Source of the DNA: Formosa sp. Hel1_33_131
Lineage (GTDB): Bacteria > Bacteroidota > Bacteroidia > Flavobacteriales > Flavobacteriaceae
Direction: 5' to 3'
Length of the DNA: 32,000 bases
Assembly: GCF_001735745.1 (NCBI RefSeq)
Contig: NZ_CP017260.1
Span: forward strand, 240,001 to 272,000
The translations under genes and the position numbers were made by a program. This document shows positions 1 to 8,735 of the stretch, in pieces (positions within the stretch are counted from its first letter, which is position 1; each line of letters opens with the position of its first letter). The notes beneath the pieces are model-generated. The model had not been told where the DNA came from. It saw only the letters and a list, made by a program, of their open reading frames with translations, and did no database searches.

Positions 1-52
1 TTCCTCTTTTTTTAAGAACTGGATCTCCATAAGCCACAATTGGTAAAATCAT
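1..52 (-). CDS. def: peptide deformylase, N-terminal 17 codons only (gene runs off the left edge)
   Basis: The reverse complement of 1-52 starts ATG ATT TTA CCA ATT GTG GCT TAT GGA GAT CCA GTT CTT AAA and reads MILPIVAYGDPVLKKRG. This is the characteristic N-terminus of bacterial peptide deformylase. It lies 61 nt downstream of ruvX on the same strand and is absent from the ORF track because the window edge truncates it. Confidence 0.6.
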   Translation of the reverse strand, partial: MILPIVAYGDPVLKKRG

Positions 53-69
53 ACTACTGAATATAAGGA

Positions 70-90
70 CTCAAAAATACGATTTTTGAG
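70..90 (-). other. AT-rich hairpin between ruvX and def (9-bp stem CTCAAAAAT / ATTTTTGAG, 3-nt loop)
   Basis: A perfect inverted repeat at 70-78 and 82-90 inside the 61-nt ruvX-def spacer. No adjacent U-tract, so it is not a canonical terminator. Confidence 0.25.
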
Positions 91-113
91 ATTATAAAAT
101 AATACTTCTATAA

Positions 114-524
114 TTATTTATTATGAAGATAGGATTGGAGAATAAGAGTCGCACTAATTTCATCGACAAGCGCCTTGTTTTGACGTTGTTTTTTTTTGAG
201 ACCACTGTCAATCATCGTTTGAAATGCCATCTTAGAAGTAAAACGTTCATCCACTCGTTCAATGGGAATCAAGGGGATTTGTTTTTTTAAGAGTTCAATG
301 AATTTCAAAATTAAAGGCTCACTCTCAGAGAGTTCGTTGTTCATTTGTTTTGGCAAACCGATTAAAAACAGATCTACTGATTCGTCCTTACAATAGGTTT
401 TTAAAAAGGGTATGAGTTTTTTGGTCTCTACCGTAGTCAAACCCGAAGCAATAATTTGCATTTCGTCAGTGACAGCGATGCCACAGCGTTTACTTCCATA
501 ATCAATTGCTAATAATCGTCCCAT
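114..524 (-). CDS. ruvX: Holliday junction resolvase-like protein RuvX (YqgF family)
   Basis: ORF 114-533. The first ATG (524) gives MGRLLAIDYGSKRCGIAVTD, the YqgF/RuvX N-terminal RNase-H-fold motif, and a typical length of 136 aa. The track start at 533 is a TTG three codons upstream. Confidence 0.85.
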   Translation of the reverse strand: MGRLLAIDYGSKRCGIAVTDEMQIIASGLTTVETKKLIPFLKTYCKDESVDLFLIGLPKQMNNELSESEPLILKFIELLKKQIPLIPIERVDERFTSKMAFQTMIDSGLKKKQRQNKALVDEISATLILQSYLHNK

Positions 525-562
525 AAGGGACAAAAATACAATTTAAAAGCTTGATAATCCCT

Positions 563-1384
563 TTAGAGTTGACTGATTCCAAAAGGTGTTTTTATAATTT
601 TCTCCTTTTTAGTTTGAGCCCTGATGTTCAGATTAGCAATGATAGCCGCTTCGTTTTTATAGCCTCTTAAATGAAATAAATGCAGACAAATAGCACTGTA
701 TCTGATTTGTAGCCCTTTGACTTTGTAATTCACTAAACGTTCCCCAAATTCGCGATCCTCTCCCCCATATTGCATTCGGGAATCAAAACCGTTAACCGAC
801 ATAATATCTTTTTTCCAAGCAGAAGAATTCATCCCGTTCCAGGTTGCTTTTGTGACCGTGTATTTGTTTAACAACAATTCTTTACGACCTTTAGAACACA
901 ATTTGTTTAGCTTAAAAGTTTTTTTAAGACCAAGGTATAAAAGCCATTTTGGATCAAAACACGTTTGTGCCTCTATATCTGACTCTGTTATTAAATCTGA
1001 AATTGTTTTAGGAAGTTTAAAATAGCCCCCCGACAAGAAAGAATTGGGAGCTCTTTTTTGATAATGCACTGCTACAAAATCATTTCGAGGGATGCAATCT
1101 CCATCTGTAAATATGAGATAGTCTGAATTAGAGGCAAGAATAGCTTTGTTTAAAATTGTTGTTTTCTGAAATCCTTGGTCTTCATGCCAAACATGAATAA
1201 TTTGTAAGGGTGTTTGTGTTTGAAACTGTTCAATGATTGTTTTTGTGCGGTCGTCAGAACCATCGTCTGCAATAACAATTTCAAAAGAATCAAAGGTCTG
1301 ATATTGATAGCCTAAAAGCGTTTTACGCAACCATTCTGGTTGATTATAAGTACTGATAATGACAGAAATAGTAGGAGACTTCAT
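563..1384 (-). CDS. glycosyltransferase family 2 protein
   Basis: ATG at 1384 (the track start at 1390 is TTG) gives MKSPTISVIISTYNQPEWL...EIVIADDGSDDRT...FTDGDCIP, a GT2 nucleotide-sugar binding N-terminus with a DxD. The C-terminal NGFDSRMQYGGEDREFGERL motif is galactosyltransferase-type. It is a paralog (roughly 55% aa identity by eye) of 4813-5637. Confidence 0.85.
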   Translation of the reverse strand: MKSPTISVIISTYNQPEWLRKTLLGYQYQTFDSFEIVIADDGSDDRTKTIIEQFQTQTPLQIIHVWHEDQGFQKTTILNKAILASNSDYLIFTDGDCIPRNDFVAVHYQKRAPNSFLSGGYFKLPKTISDLITESDIEAQTCFDPKWLLYLGLKKTFKLNKLCSKGRKELLLNKYTVTKATWNGMNSSAWKKDIMSVNGFDSRMQYGGEDREFGERLVNYKVKGLQIRYSAICLHLFHLRGYKNEAAIIANLNIRAQTKKEKIIKTPFGISQL

Positions 1385-1491
1385 AGACAATGGGGATTGT
1401 TTAACTTAAATAAATTTAGGGTTTTACATAGTTTCGACCCTGCTTTCACGAATGAGTCACATTTATTTATTTATTACTTTATTATTAATCT

Positions 1492-1499
1492 TATATTTG
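1492..1499 (+). promoter_or_regulatory. putative Bacteroidota -7 promoter box TATATTTG (dapD)
   Basis: Exact match to the TAnnTTTG -7 consensus, 15 nt upstream of ATG 1515. Confidence 0.45.
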
Positions 1500-1514
1500 C
1501 AAAAAATTAATACA

Positions 1515-2330
1515 ATGGATAACTTACGATCACTTATAGAAACTGCTTGGGAAAACCGAACACTTTTAAACGAAAATACTACAAAAAATGCGATTAGAAA
1601 AATCGTTGATTTATTAGATAAAGGAGAACTTAGAGTTGCTGAGCCCACAACAGATGGTTGGCAGGTGAATGAGTGGGTCAAAAAAGCAGTGGTGATGTAT
1701 TTCCCTATCCAAACGATGGAAACTATTGAGGTTGGACCGTTTGAGTTTCATGATAAAATTCCATTAAAAACAGGCTATGCGGAAAAAGGCATTCGTGTAG
1801 TGCCACATGCAGTGGCGCGCCATGGTGCTTATATTTCCAAAGGAACTATTTTGATGCCAAGCTATGTGAATATTGGAGCGTACGTAGATGAGGGCACCAT
1901 GGTTGACACATGGGCGACTGTAGGAAGTTGTGCGCAAATTGGTAAAAACGTTCACCTTTCAGGCGGCGTTGGTATTGGCGGTGTGTTGGAACCGCTTCAA
2001 GCGGCTCCCGTAATTATTGAAGATAATGCCTTTATTGGTTCGCGCTGCATTGTTGTGGAAGGAGTTCGTGTGGAAACGGAAGCTGTATTAGGTGCCGGAG
2101 TTGTCTTGACTATGAGTACAAAAATCATTGATGTAACTGGTGATAAACCCGTTGAATATAAAGGACTTGTACCTGCACGTTCGGTTGTGATTCCTGGGAG
2201 TTATGTAAAAGAATTCCCTTCTGGAAACTACAATGTTCCTTGTGCTTTGATTATTGGAAAAAGAAAAGAAAGCACCAACAAAAAAACGTCTTTAAACGAT
2301 GCTTTAAGAACGCATAATGTTGCGGTTTAA
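1515..2330 (+). CDS. dapD: 2,3,4,5-tetrahydropyridine-2,6-dicarboxylate N-succinyltransferase
   Basis: MDNLRSLIETAWENR... with a hexapeptide-repeat C-terminal half (GAYVDEGTMVDTWATVGSCAQIGKNVHLSGGVGIGGVLEP), 271 aa. I moved the start from 1452 to ATG 1515 for two reasons. A TATATTTG -7 box lies at 1492-1499 inside the longer ORF, and the 21-aa extension is a hydrophobic low-complexity artefact. Confidence 0.9.
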   Translation: MDNLRSLIETAWENRTLLNENTTKNAIRKIVDLLDKGELRVAEPTTDGWQVNEWVKKAVVMYFPIQTMETIEVGPFEFHDKIPLKTGYAEKGIRVVPHAVARHGAYISKGTILMPSYVNIGAYVDEGTMVDTWATVGSCAQIGKNVHLSGGVGIGGVLEPLQAAPVIIEDNAFIGSRCIVVEGVRVETEAVLGAGVVLTMSTKIIDVTGDKPVEYKGLVPARSVVIPGSYVKEFPSGNYNVPCALIIGKRKESTNKKTSLNDALRTHNVAV

Positions 2331-3100
2331 TCCGTAGATTTAAATACCATTTTTCGACCGCTTCGTTTTAGCTTTTTAGTATCTATTTTTTTCTGAAACT
2401 GACGGCTATAATGAAGCATTCCGCTCTGAATTTCCGTTAGCGGAGTTTCGCTTAATACCGCATACTCTTTAGACATAATTTGTATCATCGCCTTAGACAA
2501 CCAGAGGCGCCTAAAATTATGCATTCGTTTTTTAAAATTCATCGCCTCAAAACGCATGCGATTCAAATCGATTAAATAAAAATCGTATTGAGCCACATCT
2601 GTTTTTACAATGAGTGTATTCCCTGGAGAATGGTCTAAGAAATTGACATTTTCTTCGTGTAGTTTAAACGTGAAAGCTGTAAACTGTTTTAAAATTTCAA
2701 CTCTGTTTGGAAACTTTAAATCATGAATCAATACTCTAAAATCAAAATCATAGGCTACATGCTGACTGACATAGTAACTTTGTTTGAGACCAAACCATGA
2801 TGAGGCTTCAAAATAAGCGATCGGGGTAGGTGTTAAAATAGATTTTTGAGTTAATAAATTTCCATACTCATAGGATCTTCGTGCTTTTGATTTACGAATG
2901 TATTTATAAACAAAGGAATTAAAAACATTTGGGGTTTTAAATTGTTTAATATTCAAATGCAGCCCTTCAATTTTGAGAGATTTTATGGTATTTCGATCTC
3001 CTTTCAGCACGGTAATCCCTGAGGTTTCAAAATCACTTATTGCCTTTGATATTGCAGTAGAATAAGAGGAGAATTTGGAATGTATAATAATATTATTCAT
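2327..3100 (-). CDS. lipopolysaccharide kinase (Kdo/WaaP/InaA) family protein
   Basis: 257 aa. It has a catalytic-loop-like FLDHSPGNTLI (D-x4-N) followed by YLIDLNRMRF (metal-binding Asp), and an upstream LNIKQFK lysine. It sits next to a GT9 gene in a glycan cluster. The family call comes from motifs only. Confidence 0.5.
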   Translation of the reverse strand: MNNIIIHSKFSSYSTAISKAISDFETSGITVLKGDRNTIKSLKIEGLHLNIKQFKTPNVFNSFVYKYIRKSKARRSYEYGNLLTQKSILTPTPIAYFEASSWFGLKQSYYVSQHVAYDFDFRVLIHDLKFPNRVEILKQFTAFTFKLHEENVNFLDHSPGNTLIVKTDVAQYDFYLIDLNRMRFEAMNFKKRMHNFRRLWLSKAMIQIMSKEYAVLSETPLTEIQSGMLHYSRQFQKKIDTKKLKRSGRKMVFKSTD

Positions 3101-3159
3101 GTAAACTTTTAGTAACTTTAAAAAAAGTAATATCTTGCTAAGATAGTCTTTAGTCGTTA

Positions 3160-4218
3160 ATGAAAAAAATACTTGTAATTCAAAATAAGCGAATTGGTGA
3201 TGTACTCATTGCCTCTTTAATCGCAGCGAATATTAAAAAAGTAATCCCAAATTCTCGGGTTGATTATTTGGTTTATGACTACACAACAGGTGTGATCGAA
3301 AACAATCCCAACATTGATAGAATCATTCCATTGAATGAAAAAGAATTAAAGAAAATTCCAACGCTTCTTAAAACGGCTTGGCACATCCGAAAGGAAAACT
3401 ATGATATTATTTTTGATCCGTATTCAAAGTTTCAAAGTAAGTTCATTTCACTGCTCTCAAAAGCCCCCATTCGTGTAGGCTATCAAAAAAAGGGTAAAAG
3501 TTCTATTTTTAATTTTCATACGCATAAGGTGCTACCTTTAGATAAAAAAACACTGCCATGCGGGAAATCTATCGAAGAAAGAGTTCATTTGGTGGATTCA
3601 GCATTTCCATTAGAAGCTCCCATTTACACGCCAAAAATTTATTTAACAGATACAGAAAAAAAGTATTCACAATTAAATAACTATTCTAAACCAGTGGTGA
3701 TGGTTGGTGTTTTGGGAAGTACTCCTCAAAAATCAATGCCGTATTCGTATATCGTGGAGCTCATTGATTACGTCACTTCCAATTTTGAAGTGAATGTAAT
3801 GTTCAACTATGCGCCAAATCAAAAAGCAGAGGCCACTAAAATTTATGAGGCTTGTAAGCACCAAGACGCCATCATTTTTGATCTTTATGAACCGAATATC
3901 AGAGGCTTTATTTCGCTAATGAATCAGTGTAAACTTTTGATTGCTAATGAAGGTGGGAGTGTTCATATCGCTAAAGCACTTGACAAACCAACGTTTACAA
4001 TTTTCTCTCCCTACATCTTAAAATCGGATTGGTCTAGTTTTGAAGATGGACAGCTGCATACCTCTGTACATTTGTTGGACGAAAAACCCGATTTATTTTC
4101 CACTTCAAGAGAGGAACGTCGGAAAATTGAAGAAGACCCTACGTTTTTATACAATCAACTGACCCCAGAAATTATTCTTAAGAACTTAACGCCGTTTTTA
4201 AAACATCATATCTCATGA
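3160..4218 (+). CDS. glycosyltransferase family 9 protein (heptosyltransferase-like)
   Basis: MKKILVIQNKRIGDVLIASLIAANIKK is the typical GT9 N-terminus (R-x-GD-hydrophobic). The C-terminal half has LLIANEGGSVHIAKALDKPTFTIFSP, the GT9 donor-binding region. Length is 352 aa. Confidence 0.85.
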   Translation: MKKILVIQNKRIGDVLIASLIAANIKKVIPNSRVDYLVYDYTTGVIENNPNIDRIIPLNEKELKKIPTLLKTAWHIRKENYDIIFDPYSKFQSKFISLLSKAPIRVGYQKKGKSSIFNFHTHKVLPLDKKTLPCGKSIEERVHLVDSAFPLEAPIYTPKIYLTDTEKKYSQLNNYSKPVVMVGVLGSTPQKSMPYSYIVELIDYVTSNFEVNVMFNYAPNQKAEATKIYEACKHQDAIIFDLYEPNIRGFISLMNQCKLLIANEGGSVHIAKALDKPTFTIFSPYILKSDWSSFEDGQLHTSVHLLDEKPDLFSTSREERRKIEEDPTFLYNQLTPEIILKNLTPFLKHHIS

Positions 4219-4802
4219 GTAAACTAAGTTATTTAGATAAATTTCATATTTGGCGTCGAAAATTACGTTGGAATCGACAGTACAAAAAAGGGCGATGGGA
4301 TTATTTGAGAAATGATGTAGAAGCCCCTCGCTATTCAAAAATATTAGAATTTATAAAACAGCATTCCAAAAAACAAGCTAGTATTTTAGACTTAGGATCT
4401 GGCGAAGGGGTGTTAAGAATGCGGTTAGAAAATGAAGCTATTGGCTATTTTTTAGGTATTGATTTTTCTAAATTCTCTATTGAAACTGCAAATAATTACA
4501 AGTTTAAAAATGCTGATTTTCAGGTTGCGGATTTGCATTACTACAAACCCCCTCAAGAATTTGATGTCATCGTTTTTAATGAAGCTTTTTATTATATTAA
4601 TGACGCCGTTAGAGCCAAGGTTCTGAATCGGATTTTAGGCAAGCTTAAAAAAGATGGGATCTTAATCACGTCTATTTTTAAAGAAGGTTCTGGATGTTGG
4701 AAGTATTTTGACATCCCTGAACTAGAACAATTAGATTTTTCTAAAGTAGCTTCGGAGAAAGGAACTGCCTATTGGAAATTAGGAGTGTACAGAAAGCTAT
4801 AA
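4215..4802 (+). CDS. class I SAM-dependent methyltransferase
   Basis: SAM-binding motif I ILDLGSGEGV and post-I acidic GIDFS, followed by VIVFNEAFYY. The ATGA start/stop overlap with the GT9 gene (4215-4218) suggests translational coupling. Confidence 0.8.
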   Translation: MSKLSYLDKFHIWRRKLRWNRQYKKGRWDYLRNDVEAPRYSKILEFIKQHSKKQASILDLGSGEGVLRMRLENEAIGYFLGIDFSKFSIETANNYKFKNADFQVADLHYYKPPQEFDVIVFNEAFYYINDAVRAKVLNRILGKLKKDGILITSIFKEGSGCWKYFDIPELEQLDFSKVASEKGTAYWKLGVYRKL

Positions 4803-4812
4803 ACGCTTTATT

Positions 4813-5637
4813 TTAAAACATTTTAAAAATACCATAATCAGTCCAAGATCTGTTTGCAGATTTGATGTTTTTTCTGATTTCTAGATTCTTATTAATCGAT
4901 TCTTGAGTTTTATAACTCCGTGGATGGTCGAGATGCACACAAATAGCACTGTATCTAATTTGCTTACTCTTTATGCCATAGTTAAACAAACGCTCTCCGA
5001 GTTCGCGGTCTTGCCCACCATATTGCATGCGCTCATCAAAACCATTAATCGACATAATATCTTTTTTCCAGCCTGAAGCATTGTGTCCATTCCAACTTGC
5101 AGTGGTTGGCGTCAACAAATTCAAAAGCCAAGATTTAAAACCTCTTGCGGTGAGTTTATTGTTTTTAAAAGACATTTTTAAACCGTTTGATTTTAACCAT
5201 TTCAGATCAAAACAACGACCTTCATAAATATCTTCATCGGAAATTAGCTTTGAAATATTCATAGGCAGCATAAAATAACCTCCTGATAAAAACAAACCTT
5301 GTTTTCTATGTTTGACATGAACTTCCACAAAATCGACTCTTGGAATGCAATCCCCATCTGACATAATGATGTAGGGAGTATTGCATTTTTCAATCGCTTT
5401 GTTTAATATTTGAGATTTTTGAAACCCATTATCCTCATGCCACACATGTACAATCGGATAAAAAACTTCTTTTTGAATTTTTTCAATAAGATCAAACGTT
5501 TCTTGATTAGATCCGTCGTCGGCAATTACAATTTCAAATAATCTGTACGTCTGATTATTATACCCATAGAGTACTTTTGCTAACCATTCAGTGGAGTTAT
5601 ATGTGCTTATAACAATAGAAGTGTCTATTTGATTCAT
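4813..5637 (-). CDS. glycosyltransferase family 2 protein
   Basis: ATG at 5637 (the track start at 5646 is TTG) gives MNQIDTSIVISTYNSTEWL...EIVIADDGSNQET...SDGDCIP...NGFDERMQYGGQDRELGERL. It is a paralog of 563-1384. Confidence 0.85.
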   Translation of the reverse strand: MNQIDTSIVISTYNSTEWLAKVLYGYNNQTYRLFEIVIADDGSNQETFDLIEKIQKEVFYPIVHVWHEDNGFQKSQILNKAIEKCNTPYIIMSDGDCIPRVDFVEVHVKHRKQGLFLSGGYFMLPMNISKLISDEDIYEGRCFDLKWLKSNGLKMSFKNNKLTARGFKSWLLNLLTPTTASWNGHNASGWKKDIMSINGFDERMQYGGQDRELGERLFNYGIKSKQIRYSAICVHLDHPRSYKTQESINKNLEIRKNIKSANRSWTDYGIFKMF

Positions 5638-5684
5638 AGGGTGCAAATATAAAGTTTTTTTGTAAGTTTACACTTTAAACGCAA

Positions 5685-6422
5685 ATGCAAACTTTAACCG
5701 TCATAATCCCAACGTATAACGAAGCCCAATATCTGGAGGGCGCCTTATATTCTGTTAAATTTGCAGATGAAATTATTGTCGTGGACTCTATGAGTTCTGA
5801 CGCTACTGTTAAAATTGCAACCGATCACGGATGTCAAGTTATATCTAGAAAGTTTGATAACTTTTCGAATCAAAAAAATCACGCACTACAATTTGCTACT
5901 AGTGATTGGGTTCTGTTTTTAGATGGAGATGAACGCATTACACATGCGCTTCAAAAGGAAATTTTAGAAGCTCTGAAATCCAATAAACACACAGGCTATA
6001 AACTTAATTTCCCTCACTTCTATATGAATCGTTTTTTATACCATCATGACAACAATGTCACACGCTTAGTGGTGAGAGACAAATGTCATTTTGAAGGAAG
6101 TGTGCACGAAAAACTTATTGTTGAGGGCTCTATTGGAACGCTGAAAAACAAAGTATTACACTATACTTACAAAGGCTTATTGCATTATATTGGTAAAAAA
6201 GATTCCTATGCTTGGTTTCAAGCCGAACGAATTTTGTCCAAAGGAAAAGGGATGAATTATTTTCATTTAGCTTTTAAACCGGCCTACAGATTTTTCCATG
6301 AATATATTGTAAGACGTGGGTTTTTAGATGGAATTCCTGGACTGGCCGTTGCAGCGATTAATTCCTACGGCGTGTTTTCGAGATACGCCAAATTGATGCT
6401 CCTCAAAAAAGGCCTAAAATAA
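5685..6422 (+). CDS. glycosyltransferase family 2 protein, WaaE/KdtX-like
   Basis: TVIIPTYNEAQYL...ADEIIVVDSMSSDATVKIA...FLDGDERI...HYTY...GFLDGIPGL. The motif order matches LPS-core GT2 enzymes of the WaaE/KdtX type. Confidence 0.8.
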   Translation: MQTLTVIIPTYNEAQYLEGALYSVKFADEIIVVDSMSSDATVKIATDHGCQVISRKFDNFSNQKNHALQFATSDWVLFLDGDERITHALQKEILEALKSNKHTGYKLNFPHFYMNRFLYHHDNNVTRLVVRDKCHFEGSVHEKLIVEGSIGTLKNKVLHYTYKGLLHYIGKKDSYAWFQAERILSKGKGMNYFHLAFKPAYRFFHEYIVRRGFLDGIPGLAVAAINSYGVFSRYAKLMLLKKGLK

Positions 6423-7136
6423 AGAGAGTTTTCCAAATTTTAATTTGAGTCTGAATTTAAACAAACTGTCTTCTCCTTTAATATCCAATCGGTTTAATTC
6501 ATAATTATTTTTGAAAGGGAGTTTGTTCAGTCTATTTCCAATTCTTAAACCATAAGCAATGTTTTGCTTTTTTAAGACATCAAAAAAAATAGTTTTCTGA
6601 GGTTCTTCTCGTGGGAAATTACCATAGGGATACGCCAAAACATTACACACATTCAATGCATGTTTGGAAACAAAATCATGACATTTTTTAAAATCTTCTT
6701 GTATTAATTCCATTGACAATGAACTGTAGGGACGGTGCTCAAAAGAATGCAACCCAAGTTCTATGATAGCTGGATCTAAATCCTTTAGTTGTGAAACCGT
6801 CATGATTTCTTCAGTACCACCGTTCCATGAATCAGTACTTCCAACAAAAGAAAAAGGTGCATAAAAACATGCTTTTAAATTGTATTTTTTAAGAAGAGGA
6901 TACGCGAATTTATATTGACTCACATACACATCATCAAAAGTAATAATAATGGGGTTTTTAGGATATTCATCTGTTTGTTTAAACTTTTGAATGTCACTAA
7001 AATGCAAACTTGTATAGCCCTGAGCAACTAAATACTGAAACTGTATTTCCAATTTTTCATAAGACAAAGTCAGTCCTTTGCTTTTGGAAGGCTGGTCGCA
7101 AATATTATGATACATTAAAATTGGTAAACGCGGCAT
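6414..7136 (-). CDS. polysaccharide deacetylase family protein
   Basis: MPRLPILMYHNI... and ITFDDVYVSQ (the TFDD catalytic motif of NodB-fold deacetylases), with a later LGLHSFEHR histidine motif. Its 3' end overlaps the convergent GT2 gene by 9 nt. Confidence 0.8.
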   Translation of the reverse strand: MPRLPILMYHNICDQPSKSKGLTLSYEKLEIQFQYLVAQGYTSLHFSDIQKFKQTDEYPKNPIIITFDDVYVSQYKFAYPLLKKYNLKACFYAPFSFVGSTDSWNGGTEEIMTVSQLKDLDPAIIELGLHSFEHRPYSSLSMELIQEDFKKCHDFVSKHALNVCNVLAYPYGNFPREEPQKTIFFDVLKKQNIAYGLRIGNRLNKLPFKNNYELNRLDIKGEDSLFKFRLKLKFGKLSLF

Positions 7137-7216
7137 GGCTCAGTAGCTTATATTAGCTGTAAAATTATTACTTTTGCAGCCGACTACATAATTATTTTTA
7201 ATTAGTTTTATATTTC

Positions 7217-7927
7217 ATGATTAGTGCCATCGTTATTTCGTTTTTTGATCACAGCTATATTAAGGAGTGCATTGCAAGCATCGCCTTTGTAGATGAAATC
7301 ATTATTGTCGGAAAAATAGATCCAACGGTACTGTCCGAAATTCAGCACACACACCCAGTTCAATTTATTGAATCTGAATACATTGATTTTGATTTTTTGC
7401 TTGATAAAGGAAGCTCAAAAGCAAGCCATAATTGGATTGTAGGGTTAGAAGCAAATCATTGTATTTCAAATCAATTGTCAGAAGAAATCACTGAGATTGC
7501 TATGAACCCTGATTCATCAGGGAATTATAAGTCCGAAACCCGTTTCAATTTTATGGGTAAATTGTTGAATTTTTCTGGGTATAGAACTCGCTACACTTCT
7601 CTTTTGTTTCATAAAAACTCACTTGGTACTAAAATTGCAGCTAAAAAATTAAAAGGCCCTGTTGAAGAACTTTATTTAGATTTTGATCGTTATAATGAAC
7701 GACTGACAAAAAAAGCAAAACTTAAAGCTCGAGATTTATATATTAATAAAATACGTCCTCATTTTTTTCATTTTTCATGGAATCCTTTATGGGAACTAAA
7801 AAAAATATTCATTTTTAAACTCGGTTTTTTAGATGGTAAAGAAGGGTTTGTATTCGCCTATTTAAAAGCTTTTGAAGAATTTAAAACCTATTTATTTCTT
7901 TGGCTTATGTACCGAAATATAGAATAA
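7217..7927 (+). CDS. WaaE/KdtX-like GT2 paralog with degenerate catalytic motifs
   Basis: It is collinear with 5685-6422 and 7930-8691 and retains VDEIIIV and the C-terminal LGFLDGKEGF. However TYNE is replaced by SFFDH, VVDSxSxDxT by VGKIDPTV, and the DxD LDGDE by LEANH. Confidence 0.6.
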   Translation: MISAIVISFFDHSYIKECIASIAFVDEIIIVGKIDPTVLSEIQHTHPVQFIESEYIDFDFLLDKGSSKASHNWIVGLEANHCISNQLSEEITEIAMNPDSSGNYKSETRFNFMGKLLNFSGYRTRYTSLLFHKNSLGTKIAAKKLKGPVEELYLDFDRYNERLTKKAKLKARDLYINKIRPHFFHFSWNPLWELKKIFIFKLGFLDGKEGFVFAYLKAFEEFKTYLFLWLMYRNIE

Positions 7928-7929
7928 GC

Positions 7930-8691
7930 ATGATAAAACTATCAGGAGTCATCATAACGTACAATGAAGAGGAGCATTTAAGAAAATGCCTGTCCTCTTT
8001 AGTTGACGTTGTGGATGAAATTATTGTCGTAGACTCCTACTCTACTGATAAAACACAAGAAATTTGTAAGGAGTTTAATGTGACTTTTATACAACAAAAG
8101 TTTTTGGGATATTTTGAACAAAAAAACTTTGCGTTAGAACAAGCAAGCTACAATCATGTACTGTCTTTAGATGGTGATGAAGCGCTTTCTGATAAGTTGA
8201 AATCCTCCATCTTAGAAGTTAAAAAAAATTGGAAATACGCAGGCTATTATTGCAATAGAAGAAATAATTATTGTGGGAAATGGATTCGCTTTTCAGATTG
8301 GTATCCAGATAAAAAATTAAGACTTTTCAAAAAGGACAGTGGAGAATGGAAGGGCATCAATCCGCATGATACTTTTAAATTAAAAAGCAATATCAAAAGT
8401 GGCAAATTAAAAGGCGATATTTTACATTGGATTTATAGAGATTACGACGAACATAAACAAAAAGTTGAACAGTTTTCGACCATTGGCGCAAAATCTTATT
8501 TTGATTTAAAAATTTCGGCTTCTCTTTTTAAAGTTTACTTCAGACCTTCATGGGCGTTTTTTAAATCTTATATTTTAAGACTTGGGATTTTGGATGGAAA
8601 ATATGGATGGCGCATCTGCAAACAAGCATTTATCGTTACCTATTTAAAATACAGTAAATTGAGGCAACATTGGAAAAATTCAAAAGCATAA
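7930..8691 (+). CDS. glycosyltransferase family 2 protein, WaaE/KdtX-like
   Basis: ATG at 7930 gives MIKLSGVIITYNEEEHLRKCL...VDEIIVVDSYSTDKTQEI...SLDGDEAL...GILDGKYGW. The longer track ORF from 7900 would overlap the upstream gene; 7930 lies 3 nt after its stop. Confidence 0.85.
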   Translation: MIKLSGVIITYNEEEHLRKCLSSLVDVVDEIIVVDSYSTDKTQEICKEFNVTFIQQKFLGYFEQKNFALEQASYNHVLSLDGDEALSDKLKSSILEVKKNWKYAGYYCNRRNNYCGKWIRFSDWYPDKKLRLFKKDSGEWKGINPHDTFKLKSNIKSGKLKGDILHWIYRDYDEHKQKVEQFSTIGAKSYFDLKISASLFKVYFRPSWAFFKSYILRLGILDGKYGWRICKQAFIVTYLKYSKLRQHWKNSKA

Positions 8692-8735
8692 ATTGAATAA
8701 AAAATTTAATTAACGTTTAAAACTGCACTAAACAT

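Noticed and set aside
1452-1514. Longer N-terminal extensions given by the ORF track for dapD (1452), tsaC (10739), cca (11408), the ABC ATPase (15542), GT2 (7900), ruvX (533), GT2 (1390 and 5646) and adhesin 1 (17375).
   Set aside because: All of these start at TTG, or at an ATG that overlaps the upstream gene (7900). The extensions lack homology to family N-termini, and the canonical N-terminus begins at the next ATG or GTG. In two cases a -7 promoter box lies inside the extension.
2327-2330. Convergent genes sharing a TTAA stop/stop overlap at 2327-2330 and 14428-14431, plus a 9-nt convergent overlap at 6414-6422.
   Set aside because: This is a compact-genome feature that follows from TAA stops on both strands. 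No regulatory implication can be supported from sequence alone.
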